Source: Octopus sinensis (Eukaryota). Taken from it: 47,853 nt of DNA. The first letter of the stretch is position 1; each line of letters opens with the position of its first letter. The position numbers and the translations under genes were made by a program. Below, piece by piece: positions 12,816 through 24,436 of the stretch. The stretch is from NCBI RefSeq assembly GCF_006345805.1, contig NW_021834568.1, positions 1 through 47,853 of the forward strand, written 5' to 3'. The notes below the pieces were generated by a model. The model was not told where the DNA came from. It was given only the letters and a program-made list of their open reading frames with translations, and made no database searches.

Positions 12816-13601
12816 ATGGAAAGGCTGGACAAGAGGCAACAGGGCTTACGGGAAGATAAGCAAGAGCTTGAGGATACAGATGGGTCAGCTTTTGAGGATG
12901 AGTGTTGGACATGTGGTAAGGGTGGACACGCGGGCTGCGATTGCCTGGCAGGAGAGAAGGAAAATAAAGAAAGTGAATTGGAGGAACCTTGTGATGTTGA
13001 ACCTGAAGTGGTTGCCGGACCTGTAGTGGGTGCTGGACCCGAAGAGCTTGCTGAATCTGATGTTGCTAAGCTCGAGGAGCCTGCTGAGTGTGTGATGGCT
13101 GCTGCTGTTGTTCCGTGTCTGGAGCCTTTAGCATCTCGACCCCTGTCTTTCGGGACTCAGGACGAAGAGCCTGCTGTGTGTGTGATGGTTGCTGCTGTTT
13201 CGTGTCTTGATCCTTTGGCGTCTGGACCCCTGTCTATCGAGACTCAGGATGACTGTGTGGTGCCCACTGTGGAGAGGCCACAGGTGTGGTTGGACTGTCG
13301 GCCGAACTTGCGTTTTGTGAAGCCTTCGGTGCGGAAGCTGGTGAGGAAGAGGACCAAGCCTGGTGACGAGGCAAGACGGCTGCGGACGGTGGTAGGACTA
13401 CCAAGACCAGGAAGACTGCTCCAGTGTTGGGTGAGCTTTGTGGTTGATGGCTGCTTGGGACTGGTGGAGCCCAACAGGCAATGCAAAATGTTATTGTTGT
13501 TGTCTCCAGTCACTGGTCTATGTTCGCTGCCATCCCACTACCGTTTTCTGTGGCAGATTCTCGATTTGACTGAGCATGGTTGTCGTCGTCGCTCGACTTA
13601 G
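12816..13601 (+). CDS. Gag-like remnant with CCHC zinc knuckle
   Basis: CWTCGKGGHAGCDC motif and an internal ~29-aa tandem duplication (EPAECVMAAA... / EPAVCVMVAA...). The last ~35 codons run into the LTR. Confidence 0.6.
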   Translation: MERLDKRQQGLREDKQELEDTDGSAFEDECWTCGKGGHAGCDCLAGEKENKESELEEPCDVEPEVVAGPVVGAGPEELAESDVAKLEEPAECVMAAAVVPCLEPLASRPLSFGTQDEEPAVCVMVAAVSCLDPLASGPLSIETQDDCVVPTVERPQVWLDCRPNLRFVKPSVRKLVRKRTKPGDEARRLRTVVGLPRPGRLLQCWVSFVVDGCLGLVEPNRQCKMLLLLSPVTGLCSLPSHYRFLWQILDLTEHGCRRRST

Positions 13602-13849
13602 GGTCCCGAGTTCGAGTTGAGCGACAGCAGTTTCGTAACAATATATTTATTTTAAATTGTTCATCTTTCTCCCCCACACGCAAAAATTAGTTTGGGCGTG
13701 GAAAATTTTTGTTTTTGTTTTTTCTTAAAACGCTGGTATGAAGCTGTAAAACTTTGAGAGAGAGAAAGAGAGGACAGAGAGAGTGTTGAAAGAGATCAGA
13801 AACAAACATAAGAACACGACATTTGCTGATCGGTCATATTAAAGTAAAG

Positions 13850-14565
13850 ATGTCTTGTGCTTCTTGCGAATTCAAATATTATATTTGCATCCGTAACTTT
13901 GTTGAGGAAGACGGAAAAGCTACAGAATTCCTTCAGAATCATGGTGTCCTACCCACTTCTGTAACATGTCCTTGATGTGGAAGCGAATGTGTATACAGAG
14001 AAGACCAACATATTTGGAGATGTAGAAAAAGTTATACTGTCGCAAAATCGAAGAAGCAGCGTCAATGTGGCTATTCTATATCAGACTTTCATGGGTCCTT
14101 TCTTCATAATGCACGTCCATGGAAGCTTATTATCTTTGTGAATGAGTTTCTGCTTGGTGCATGGCAGCATAAAAGAGTCATAGAAAACCTGGAATTGGGT
14201 CCAGTAACTAGTGTAGACTGGAGATCATTTTGTTCCGAAGTCACACAAAAGTGGCTTCAATCTCAGGAAGCGATTGGCGGCGAATCAATCGAAGTCGAAA
14301 TTGATGAGACTTTGATCGTCGTAAGTACGGGAAGGGTCGAATTTTGTGCCTCTTATTAAGAAGCGTGACGAAGTGACACTGGTTCCTCTAATCCAAAAAC
14401 ATATCAAACCTGGCTCAATTATTTACAGCGATTCTTGGGCTGCCTACAAAGATCTAAGCAGTTTGGGTTACCACCATTACGTGATAAACCATTCTGTAAA
14501 CTTTGTACATCCGACACACAAAACATTGAACTTTGTGGAGAGATGTAAAAGAATGGATTCGGCGA
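13850..14565 (+). pseudogene. Merlin (IS1016/ISXO2-like) DDE transposase pseudogene
   Basis: N-terminal zinc-ribbon remnant (TCP*CG...WRC) followed by VEIDET, IIYSDSWAAY and HYVINHSVNFV. It has one in-frame stop and a deletion/frameshift near 14340. Confidence 0.85.
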
Positions 14566-14949
14566 CCAGGCATGCGGTCGAAATATTTAAATCAATATCC
14601 GTCTAGATATTTATTTATCTCCTTGGAGAAAAATAAATTTTTGTTACCCCACAAATTCTTTCAACAGGCTGCCAAATTATACGTTACTCTGTAATTTTAC
14701 CATTATAGAACTTATTATCGTATACCACATGAACTGGTAACTAACTCTATAATAACTCCATATGCTGAGACTTTTCTTATGCTCTGTATTTCTGTTGTAT
14801 TCGCATGCACCTTTATCTGTACCTTCTGTTGCACACACGAACACACAGGCACAATTACTATACGCCTGCATTCATACCACAACACTATGCTGGCAATCAC
14901 AACTCACTTTGTACACTGTGAATAAAGTCTATCTTCTCTCTCAAACAAC

Positions 14950-15682
14950 AGAACGGCTTGGCATCCTTCATTCATTTCCTTTGGCACTGTTGTAGCTCAC
15001 TTCTGCTGTTTACAGCAGTGCTTGGAAGGTGTGTAGTGTGTGATCATGACAGAGAAAGCTGTCATGGTAATACCTATTCAGAGGCCTATGCAAAGTTGCA
15101 GAAAGTGTATGAAGAGGAGTGTATGAGCCACACACAAATGTTTGAGTGGTTCAGATATTTCCAAGATGGCCAAAAAAAATGTCGATATTGACAAACGTTC
15201 TGGAAGACCTGCAACCAGCAGAACTGAGAAAAACATCACTGATGTGCATGCAGCTGTGAGGGAAAATCGTTGAATCACTATCCATGACTTATCAAACAAT
15301 GTGCAGACTAGTTATGGTTCAGTTGAGTCCATTATCACTGAAGATTTGGGTATGAGATGCGTGTCTTCCAAGTTTGTGCCAAAACTGCTTTCAGCTGACC
15401 AAAAAATACTTGGGTCTCAGTTGCACAAGATCTTGATTGTATTGAGAATGATAAAAATTTTTGAAAGCTTTGCATAGGTCTCTGAGCAGGCATTGCCAAG
15501 CTTTTAGCAAAATTTGATGTAAATTCTCTGCACAACTTTCCTTGTCATGGTCAATGCATCAATCACATGGTACATACATTCCTTCCAAGCACTGCTGTAA
15601 ACAGTGGAAGTGAGTTAGAACATTAACACTTTAGCTTTGTTACTATGGCAACAGTCTGGATACTTATTGATCAGACCATGTA
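14950..15682 (+). mobile_element. Mariner-like element, internally deleted, with long inverted arms
   Basis: Transposase HTH region (KLQKVY..CMSHTQMFEWF...KRSGRP...FVPKLLS). The right end reads TA-CATGGTCTGATCAATAAGTATCC on the minus strand, and 14995-15100 is inverted at 15463-15616. Confidence 0.85.
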
Positions 15683-16261
15683 CATAAACATTTTGAAAAT
15701 GTTTAATATTTAGTATACCATAGCATGGGAACAGCTATGGGCATGTAGTTCACTTCTCAGTCACATGGCTTTTAGTTTAATTTCATTGTATAGTACTTTG
15801 GGTAAGGTGTCTTTTTATGACAGTAATGACAGCATACATTGAGAGAGACAAGTGAGTGAAATTGGATTAAACAAAAATTGTAAGTTTGTGGTTGGACTAT
15901 TGTTGGGTAGTAGGCATAATTCACTATTTGGTTTAACATTCCTACCTAGCCCTTGAGTGCTTTTAACATAATTCACTCTGCTGCAAGCATTCAGATCAAG
16001 TCTACAAAGCTCCACTGCAAAACAAAACAAAACAAAACCAAAAAACATCACTTACCCTTCTTCTTGTGTGTGCATTTGTATCTTTGTAAAAGGCGAAGGT
16101 TGTTGATGGGAAGCTATAGAAAATCTGCCTTAATAAATTTCATCTGAACAATGCAAGCAATTGGAAAAGGGGATGTTAAAACAGTGATAACACAATGTTG
16201 TGTTCATATGTGTACTTATGTGTGTAATAACAACAAAAATGAACAATGTAAAATATTGTGT

Positions 16262-16385
16262 CTGTGGTAAGGAGCTTGGTTCCCAACCGCATGGCACCAT
16301 GGGCAAATGTCTTCAACTATAGCTTCAAGCCAACCACAGCTTTGTGAGTGGATTTGGTAGACAGAAACTGAAAGAGGCCCATTAT
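16262..16385 (+). mobile_element. tRNA-derived SINE fragment
   Basis: tgtggtaaggagcttg...tgtcttc..ctatagc...gccaacca.agc.ttgtgagtggatttggtagac, also seen at 31335-31465 and inverted at ~28770-28855. Confidence 0.75.
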
Positions 16386-16396
16386 ATATATATTAG

Positions 16397-16436
16397 ACTG
16401 TCCAACGAACAGGAATGTGAAACTCCGAGTAACAGT
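16397..16436 (+). ncRNA. Decayed type I hammerhead ribozyme
   Basis: ACTGT-CCAACGA-ACA(ggaa)TGT-GAAA-C(tccga)G-TA-ACAGT. All three stems are present, but the core reads CCAACGA instead of CUGANGA. Confidence 0.65.
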
Positions 16437-16731
16437 TTTTGTGATGTCCTTGCAGTTTTATTAATACCTCTGGTATTCGAGGACTATTTTTTCCACCTTG
16501 TTTCACATTTATGTGCTTACTCTGGTATATATACATATATATATTTATATATATATGTATATTTGTGGGCATGTCTCTTTGTGTGTTCCCACCACTGCTT
16601 GACATTGGTGTGTTTATGTCCCCATAATCTAGCAGTTTGGCAAAAGGGACTGATAGAATAAGTACCAGATTTAAAAATGAAAGTAAGTTCTGGAGTCAAT
16701 TCATTCGACTTATGATTGAAACAAATAAAAG

Positions 16732-16769
<38 letters not shown>

Positions 16770-17300
16770 GTATAAAATATACTGTGTATTTCTAAATATG
16801 TATTTTTTTGTGAGAAACAAAAATTTTTTTGAAATGTCATAATTTTAAGATTTAAAATTTTAAGTTGTTGAAGTTATTCCCCTTTATATGATTTACTTTC
16901 TAAATTCTTCGACACGAGCTTGAATTATTATCAACTTTTTGTGTTCCAAACTTCATTCTGCCGTCTTCTTTGTCACATAATCCTCAACTAATGTTTTCAT
17001 CTTCATCAATTCTGATAATCACATTCATTTTCTCCTTTTTTCTCATTGGTAAATCTAATATATATGCTATGTACTATCATATGCTATGTACTATCAATAT
17101 ATATTTAATATGCTAATATATATTTGTATATGTACTTATTCTGTTATTACTTATTCTACATCATATATTTCACTATTACTTTTTATAATCAACTTACTGA
17201 GAGGTATAATGTATTCAACTTTAGCCTATTTACTTATTTTACTACAGACATGTATTTCTTGCTTTAAGCAGAACAAAAAAAAAAATAATAATTTGAAACT

Positions 17301-18395
17301 ATCATCATCATTTAACATGTTTTCTATGTTGGCATGGGTTGGACGGTTTGACAGGAGCTGACCAGCTGCTCAGACTCCATGTCTGTTTTGGCATGGTTTC
17401 TACGGCTGGATGCCCTTCTTAATGCCAACCACTTTTAAGAGGGGACTGAGTGCTTTCACACAGCATCAGCATGGGTGCTTATGTGGCATCAAATTAGGAA
17501 TGTTCAGCTGGAGAGGGATGCAGAGGGCAAGCCACTATGCAAGGGCAACCATGCTTTTACTTAGCTTGACATGTCTTTTCAAGCACAGCAAACTGCCAGG
17601 CGTCTTCATCCCATCATCCCCCTATGACTCCCAATATCTGTAGATCCTTTCTCACCACTTACCCAACATCTTTCTGGGTCTACCCCTTCCACATGTTCCC
17701 TCTACTATTAGAGATCAGTACCTCTTGATGCAACTGGCTTCATTCATAAGCATTACATGGCCATACCAGAGCAGCCTTCTCTCTTGCACACTACATCTGA
17801 TGACTCGTATACCCAATTTTTCTCTCAAATCACTTACATTCTGTCATATATGCACACTGACATTACTCATCAGTGGGGCATACTGGCTTCATTTCTTTCA
17901 AGCGTTTGCATATCCTCAGTGGTCACAACACGTCTCATTGCCATTTAGCATAGCTGTTCATACACAGCCATCATACAATCTGCCTTTCACTCTGAGGGAG
18001 AGGCCCTTTGTTACTAACAGAGGTAGTAGCTCTCTGAACTTCACCCAGCCTATTCTTATTCCAGTAGCTATGTTTTCAGAACAACCTCTCCCAGTAACAG
18101 ACACTGTCTACAACATCTAAGAATTTCACCCCCCACCACTATTTTTTGTACATTTAATGTACCTACACATCTGCCACATGTAAAGATTACTTTCACTGTT
18201 AGTCTTCTTAGGATACCACTGCACCTCTTATGTGTCCATAGCTTGCACTGAGTACACTGTATGGAGTTTCTCTTGACACTTTTTCTACATATCAAGCAGA
18301 GCCGTCTCCCTGAAGGGATCTGTGGTTTGTCTGTTTCCTTACTAATCAATACTTCGGTCTTTGTTAAATTAACTCTAAGTTCTTTTGATTCCAGT
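17301..18395 (-). mobile_element. RTE-clade LINE, 3' fragment
   Basis: RT C-terminal motifs (CTQCKLWTHKRCSGI) and a 3' UTR ending ...ttaaatgatgatgat on the minus strand. Confidence 0.85.
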
Positions 18396-18493
18396 CCCTT
18401 TGATTAGCAATCTTAAAATTATGTAATTTCAAAAAAATTTTTGTTACCCACAAAAAAATACATATATAGAAATACACATAGTATATTTTATAC

Positions 18494-18532
<39 letters not shown>

Positions 18533-18559
18533 TATATATATATTATATAACATTTAGCA

Positions 18560-19500
18560 ACCTTTTTAGTGGCATTTCCAAGCCTCCTTTTTTTGCAGAA
18601 TCACTAACTGCAAGTGAGCCACCATCCATGCAAACACATTTCTCTCTTATTACATCGCACTTTTCTGTGACACACTGTCTTGTAATGCAAAACACTTCAA
18701 TCCTCTGGTCCTCAAATCACAGAACATTGAAAAATTCCCTCCTTTCTGCTTCTGCCCTTGCTAAGTAAACCTGTCTTCTCTCTGTTGCCACCATTCTTTC
18801 AGTCCTGTTTCTTTGTTCTGATGGCTTTGTCTATAACATCATTCTACCACCACATCACCCTAGGTCAGGTTGGGACTTTGAACCAGCTGCAGATTTGGTC
18901 TGTGGCACTTAGCAAGCGGTCCTACAGGAACTCTCAGTTACCTTCTGTGTTACAAGTCTGTAGTTCCTCCTCTTTCTCATTAAATTTCTCAACTAGGGTG
19001 TCCCAAATCTCTGACCATTTAAAGGATCCTTAAGCTCCCAAATCCTTCGTCAGATTCTTGGAATCCTTCTGGCCTGAAGTCTCAAGTCACTAATGACTAC
19101 TCTATGCTGAAGGGTACATTCTTCAACAAGGAATGTCTATGAGCAATTATGCATTTCACTTTCAGGTGAGAATGTAATCAATCTGGCTAGCATGGCCACT
19201 CAGTTGATAGGTTGTCAGGTGAGTGGCTGACTTCCTGAAGTTTGTGTTGCATTTTGAGAACCAGTCCATGGCCCTTGTGTACACCATGGAAGATACCTGG
19301 CTGCTGCCCAACATGCCCATTGAAATCACCAGCCACAAAGATGAGGTCATTTTCATTTGTCCTTGAAGTACCATGCAGAAGTGGTCTTTTTGTTCATATG
19401 ACAGATCCACCTGGGGGGAAATACACAGAGATAATTGTTGCTGTACATTAAAAACAGCGTCCATCTTGCTAACAGGTTATGCCCAGCTGCCCACTCTCAC
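18560..19500 (-). mobile_element. RTE-clade LINE, endonuclease/linker fragment
   Basis: CNTNFRKSATHLTTYQLSGHASQIDYILT; heavily disrupted. Confidence 0.75.
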
Positions 19501-19743
19501 CCCTGCCATTTCAATCTAAACAAACATGACTTTCTTCCCTAGCTAGTAGAGATAGAAATAATATGTTTACTTTATTATTTGCTATTGTTGCTTTAATCTT
19601 TGTCTTATTTTATTTTAATGTAATGCCATTTAATCTCTCTCTTTCTCTCCTATTCAGCATCCTTGCCCAGCCAATTTCTCATATGTTTATTTGATATCAT
19701 GTAGCTTAGATTGGTACAAATTCTTCTCTATTTTATGTTAGTA

Positions 19744-20460
19744 CTAGCAGCATAGCCCGGCGTTGCCCGGGTATGTAAGAAACTTTGTCGATAAGCAATG
19801 CCCTTTACCTTTTTACCCTTTTTTGTACTCATTGAACCGTTATTTTGTAAAATGAAGCCTAAAAGGAATTAAGGCATTCAAGGCTGTTCCCTTGCATGCA
19901 TGAAGAAAATCTATGACAGTCAAAGTGCATTTTCTGGTTTTGTTTAGATGTTGTCATGCAAGGAGAAGTTAATTGTGGCGTCGTAGTTGAATGCTAGTGA
20001 CGACCAGAAAGCGGGGGCAGGGGTATGTACACCACGAATGATATCCCGACGTTGGTTGATACTCTCAAGTCGAGTGCGCCGTGCCTCAGCAGATTGAGAT
20101 GCGCATGTGATAGCGGTAGCAGTGGCATTGCTTGAAAGCCTTTCAGCTCTTGCCTCAGCACTCTCTGAAGCCCTAGCAGAAGCAGTGTTAATGGCATCTC
20201 TGGATGTCCGAATAGTTCGTTGGTCTGGAGTTTCGGCAGAAATAGCCATGGCTGTGTTTGCGGTGTTAGCAGCTTGGCAAGCTCTCCTCTGTTGTGGTGT
20301 TTCGGCAGATTGGGCCATGGCTGTGTTTGCGGCATCAGCAGCTTGGCAAGCTCTCTTCTGTTGAGGTGTTTCGGCAGATCGGGCCATGGCTGTGTTTGCA
20401 GCGTCAGCAGCTTGGCGAGTTCTTCTCTGCTGTGGGGTTTCGACAGATTGTGTCCTGGCG
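19744..20460 (-). mobile_element. Internally deleted Helitron with RepHel N-terminal STPR-like repeats
   Basis: 3' terminus is a hairpin (cccgggcaacgccggg) plus CTAG at 19744-19771. ORF 19944-20387 is built from 69-bp / 23-aa repeats (SAETPQQRRA...) followed by LAFNYD. Confidence 0.8.
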
Positions 20461-20464
20461 GTGT

Positions 20465-23400
20465 CCTGTCTGTAACACTAACTTCAGAAATCCAGCCAGC
20501 CACCTAATCACTTATCAGTCTGGTGGGAACATAATCCAGGTTGATTACCTCCTCACCAGGCAATGAGATAGGCCGATGCTCACAAATGCAAAGTCTTTCC
20601 CAAGTGAAGAGTGTACACTCCAACATAGGTTACTAGCTTATGACATCAGAATTAGGGCTAGAAAGACTTGTAGAAATAAATCTCGCTGGAAAAGATTATG
20701 GAAGCTCAAAGACCCAGCAAATGAACAAGAATTTAGAAACATTCTAATGGAAGCCTATGATGACAGGGAGGAAAAGGAGGAAAGGACACATACATTAGCT
20801 TAGAGGACAACTGGAAGTTACTGTGGGACAATTTACTGGGTGCCACTGGCCAAATCTGTGGTTGGTGCAAAGTGCCAGTTAGGCCAAGGGTGACATGAGG
20901 TGGAACAAGGAGGTGGACAGTGTTATAAAAGCAATAAGACAGGTCTGGAAGGACTGGAAAAACAGTGGAAGCAGAGCATTGTATCAGGGAGTCAGAGGGG
21001 AGGGTAGGTGACAGGTTTACATAGCAAAAGGAATAGCAGAAGGTAAGAAGTTTGCCAATGTTCTATAGCATGAAGATCAGAGGCGTGAGGTGTTCAGGAT
21101 TGCAAAGCAGTGTATCAGAGAGAATAGAGAAGTGGTAGGTGAGGAATGTGTGCGAATGGATAATGGTATGCTTGTGCTTAGTGACTTTGAGAAGAAAGAT
21201 GCATGGAGTTGCCACTATGAAAGGTTATTAAATGTGGAAAATGAATGGGAGGAGAATCTTTCAAATATTAAACTAATTGAGGGATCAGCCATCAGAGTTG
21301 ATAGCAGTATGATAGATAAGGCAATTAAGGTTATGAAGACTGGGAAAGCCCCTGGACTATCAGGTATCACTGCTGAGATGATTAAAATCTCAGGTAGTGT
21401 GGGATATAGCCTAGTTACTTGCATAGTAAATCAGGTTATTCAAGAAGGCGTCATCACCAAAGACTGGTATAGTAGTATTATAGTTAGCTGCTACAAGGGT
21501 AAAGGTGATGCCTCAGATAGAATCAACTACAAAGGTATCAACATTGTACTTAGCCTTCGTCGACCTGGAGAAAGCTTTCGACAGGGTTCTACACACTCTT
21601 ACCTGGTGGTCTCAAAGCTAGGAGTAGAGGAATGACTTGTTACAGCCACCCATGCCGTGTACAGCAATGCTGTGAGTCAGGTGAGCGTCGGCCTTGAATA
21701 GAGTGATGAATTTAGTGAGCAAGATGGAGTTCACCAGGGAACAGCTCTTAGTCCACTCTTATTCATGATAGTCCTTCCAAGCCATAACAGAGGAATTCAA
21801 AACTGGATGCCCATGGGAACTGCTACATGATCTTGTTCATATTGCAGAATCTGAAGCAGAATTGGAGAAGTTCCGGGTTTGGAAGCGAAATCTGGAATCA
21901 AGGGGCCTTAAACTTAGAAAAGACTAAAGTTGTTGTTAGCAAGAAAGCAGATAAGACTCTCCTTCTATCAGGTAAATGGCCCTGCTCAACATGGAGGAAA
22001 GGAGTGAGATGTAATTCCATTTGCAACACCAAATGTAAGCTATGGACACATAAGAGATGCAGTGGAATTTCAGGTAGGTTAGCAGATAAGGTTTTCATGT
22101 GTGGCAGATGGACAGGAACAATAAGCACTAAGAGCACAAGGGACTTAGATGCTCTCAAATGCCCAAGAGGCTCAATTGAGGTAGTAGATAGTTTCTGCTA
22201 TTCAGGTAACCAAATTAGTAACGGTGGTGGATGCTCTGAAAGTATTGTTTCTAAAATAAGAATAGGATGGAGGAAGTTCAGAGAGATATTACCTCTGTTG
22301 GCAACAAAAGGATTCTCTCTCAGACTGAATGGTAGATTGTATGATGCTTGTGAGAGAACAGCTATATTACATGGTAGTGAGACATGGGCTCTGACTGCGG
22401 TGGACATGTGTAGACTGGAGAAGAACAAAGGTAGTATGTTCTTTAGAATTTGCAACATCAGTGTGCATGACTGACAAAGTACAACTGTGTTGAGAGAAAA
22501 GTTAGGCATAAGAAGGATTAAATATGGCATGCAGGAGCGGAGAATGCATTGGTTTGGACATGTGAGGTGTACGAGTGAAGACAGCTGTATTCAGAAGTGC
22601 CTGTCACTGAAAGTGGATGGTACCTGTGGAAGAGGAAGACCCACGAGGAAGACATGGAATGAAGTGGTGAGGACCGATCTTAGGATGTTGGGACTCACAG
22701 ACAAAATGACAATGGCCTGAGATGTTTAGCGATATGAGGTTCTAGAGAAGACCCACACACGTCAGCAAAACTGAGTACCAGAAGCTTTGTGTCCCACTTA
22801 CATGGAACAACAAACTTTTCACACACCCTCCCCCAAGAAATTGTACTACATCTTTGCTTCTAAATTGTATATTTCTCTTCCTCACATTTCCTCTTCATAA
22901 ACTTATGCTTGTCTTCCAATCCACTTTCCTATCCTCACTGTATCGATGCTTCCCCCACCCCATTTTCACCAGTCACTGCAATCCACACTCTCTACTTGCT
23001 CCTTCTAGGCAATACCTGAGTGTGTATATTATGACCTCTCTCTTCCTTACTTCACCATCACATCTATGCTCTGATCCTTGTTACTTGTGAGTACACCATG
23101 GCACTTCACCATCTCTTTCCTGCTCTCTCTTGCACTTTTGCTGTTTCCCATTCTCTCACTCTCTTTTCTCTCGCTGGGTAGCCATGAATCTCCTCTACCG
23201 CAGCACACCTATTTCTGCCCTCATTCTTGTTCACTCTCTCTCTCCCCTTCTCTTGTTTTTCCTCTGACTAGTATCTCCTTTACATCAGCATACCTGTTTT
23301 TGTCCTCTTTCTTGCACCTCTCTCTCTCTTCTCTCTCTTTTGCCTCTCTTTCTCTGACTAGTAACCATGTACCTACTCTACTGCAAGACACCTATTTCTG

Positions 23401-23890
23401 CCTCTCTATTTCTCTGTCACACTCCAACCTTTCATCATCTGATACAAGATCACCTCCCTCAATGTCCTATCTGTTATAGCAAGGTGCTTGTTTCTGCCTC
23501 TCTGTCACACTCTAACCTTTCGTCTTCTGACATAAGTTCTCCACCTCAAATTCCCTCTCCCCCTTTCATAATTCCTTGTCTTGCAAGTTACTTGGTGACT
23601 CTTCCAGTGCTGGTACCATGTAAAAAGCACCCAGTCCACTGTAAAGCAGTTGGCATTTGGAAGGGCATCCAGCTATAAAAATCATGTCAAAACTAACCTT
23701 GCCTGTGATATTGCCAAGTAAAAAGCAATGAGTCCACTCTGCAGAGTGGTTGGTGTTAGGAAGGGCATCCAGCCATAAAAACCCTGCCAAAACAGACATA
23801 GTAGCCTAGGATATAGTTTTCTACATGACCGGCTCCTGTCTACCATCCTACCCATACTTAGAAGACGGATGTTAAACGATGATGATGATG
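20465..23890 (+). mobile_element. RTE-clade LINE (EN end, RT, pyrimidine-rich 3' UTR, GAT tail), decayed
   Basis: VCNTNFRNPASHLITYQSGG, GKAPGLSGITAEM, KGKGDA, LHGSETW, WFGHV; ends gttaaacgatgatgatgatg. Confidence 0.9.
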
Positions 23891-24436
23891 TACATTACAT
23901 GTTTGTAAGATCATGTACCCATATGTAAATATGCATATATGTTAATAGTTTTGAATACATACGCATGTACAACATTTGTGAAATTAGATAGAGCATTTAT
24001 TGTAGAAAATAATATAATGCAGAATAACGAGTGAATCATTGACTATGAAACCTGTATAATATTTGGGGAGTGATAAATATAATTTTCTTATTTTCCTGTT
24101 ACTTTAGTATTTTTATTTACATTCACATGTTCTCATTAGCAACTCTTATGTACATTTTCCAATACCTCCATTTGAAAAAAAAATCTATTATCCATACAGA
24201 CAAGTCAAGATGTGGCAATTATCACAAAGTTTAGTAAAACACCAGCAGTCATTACTGATGGCATGGGCTCTCTAGTATGTATGTATGTATATATATATAT
24301 ATATATATATAATTGTTATCGCCATATTAATATGGCATTCTTATAGATATAAGAATAATCTCTTTTATAGAGACTTAGTAATTTTAATATTTCTATTATA
24401 TATATATATATATATATATCTACTAGATATATAATA

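Larger units (their letters stand above)
11741..13640 (+). mobile_element. Non-autonomous Gypsy-type LTR element (5' LTR, PBS, partial gag, truncated 3' LTR)
   Basis: TGATACG...CGTAACA with TSD ATAT (11737-11740 / 13641-13644). 5' LTR 11741-12679, PBS 12682-12699, a zinc-knuckle ORF, and 13495-13640 repeating 12535-12679. Confidence 0.85.

Noticed and set aside
19950-20460. Regular 69-bp repeats considered as a CRISPR-like array
   Set aside because: There are no unique spacers; these are coding tandem repeats in a eukaryotic Helitron.
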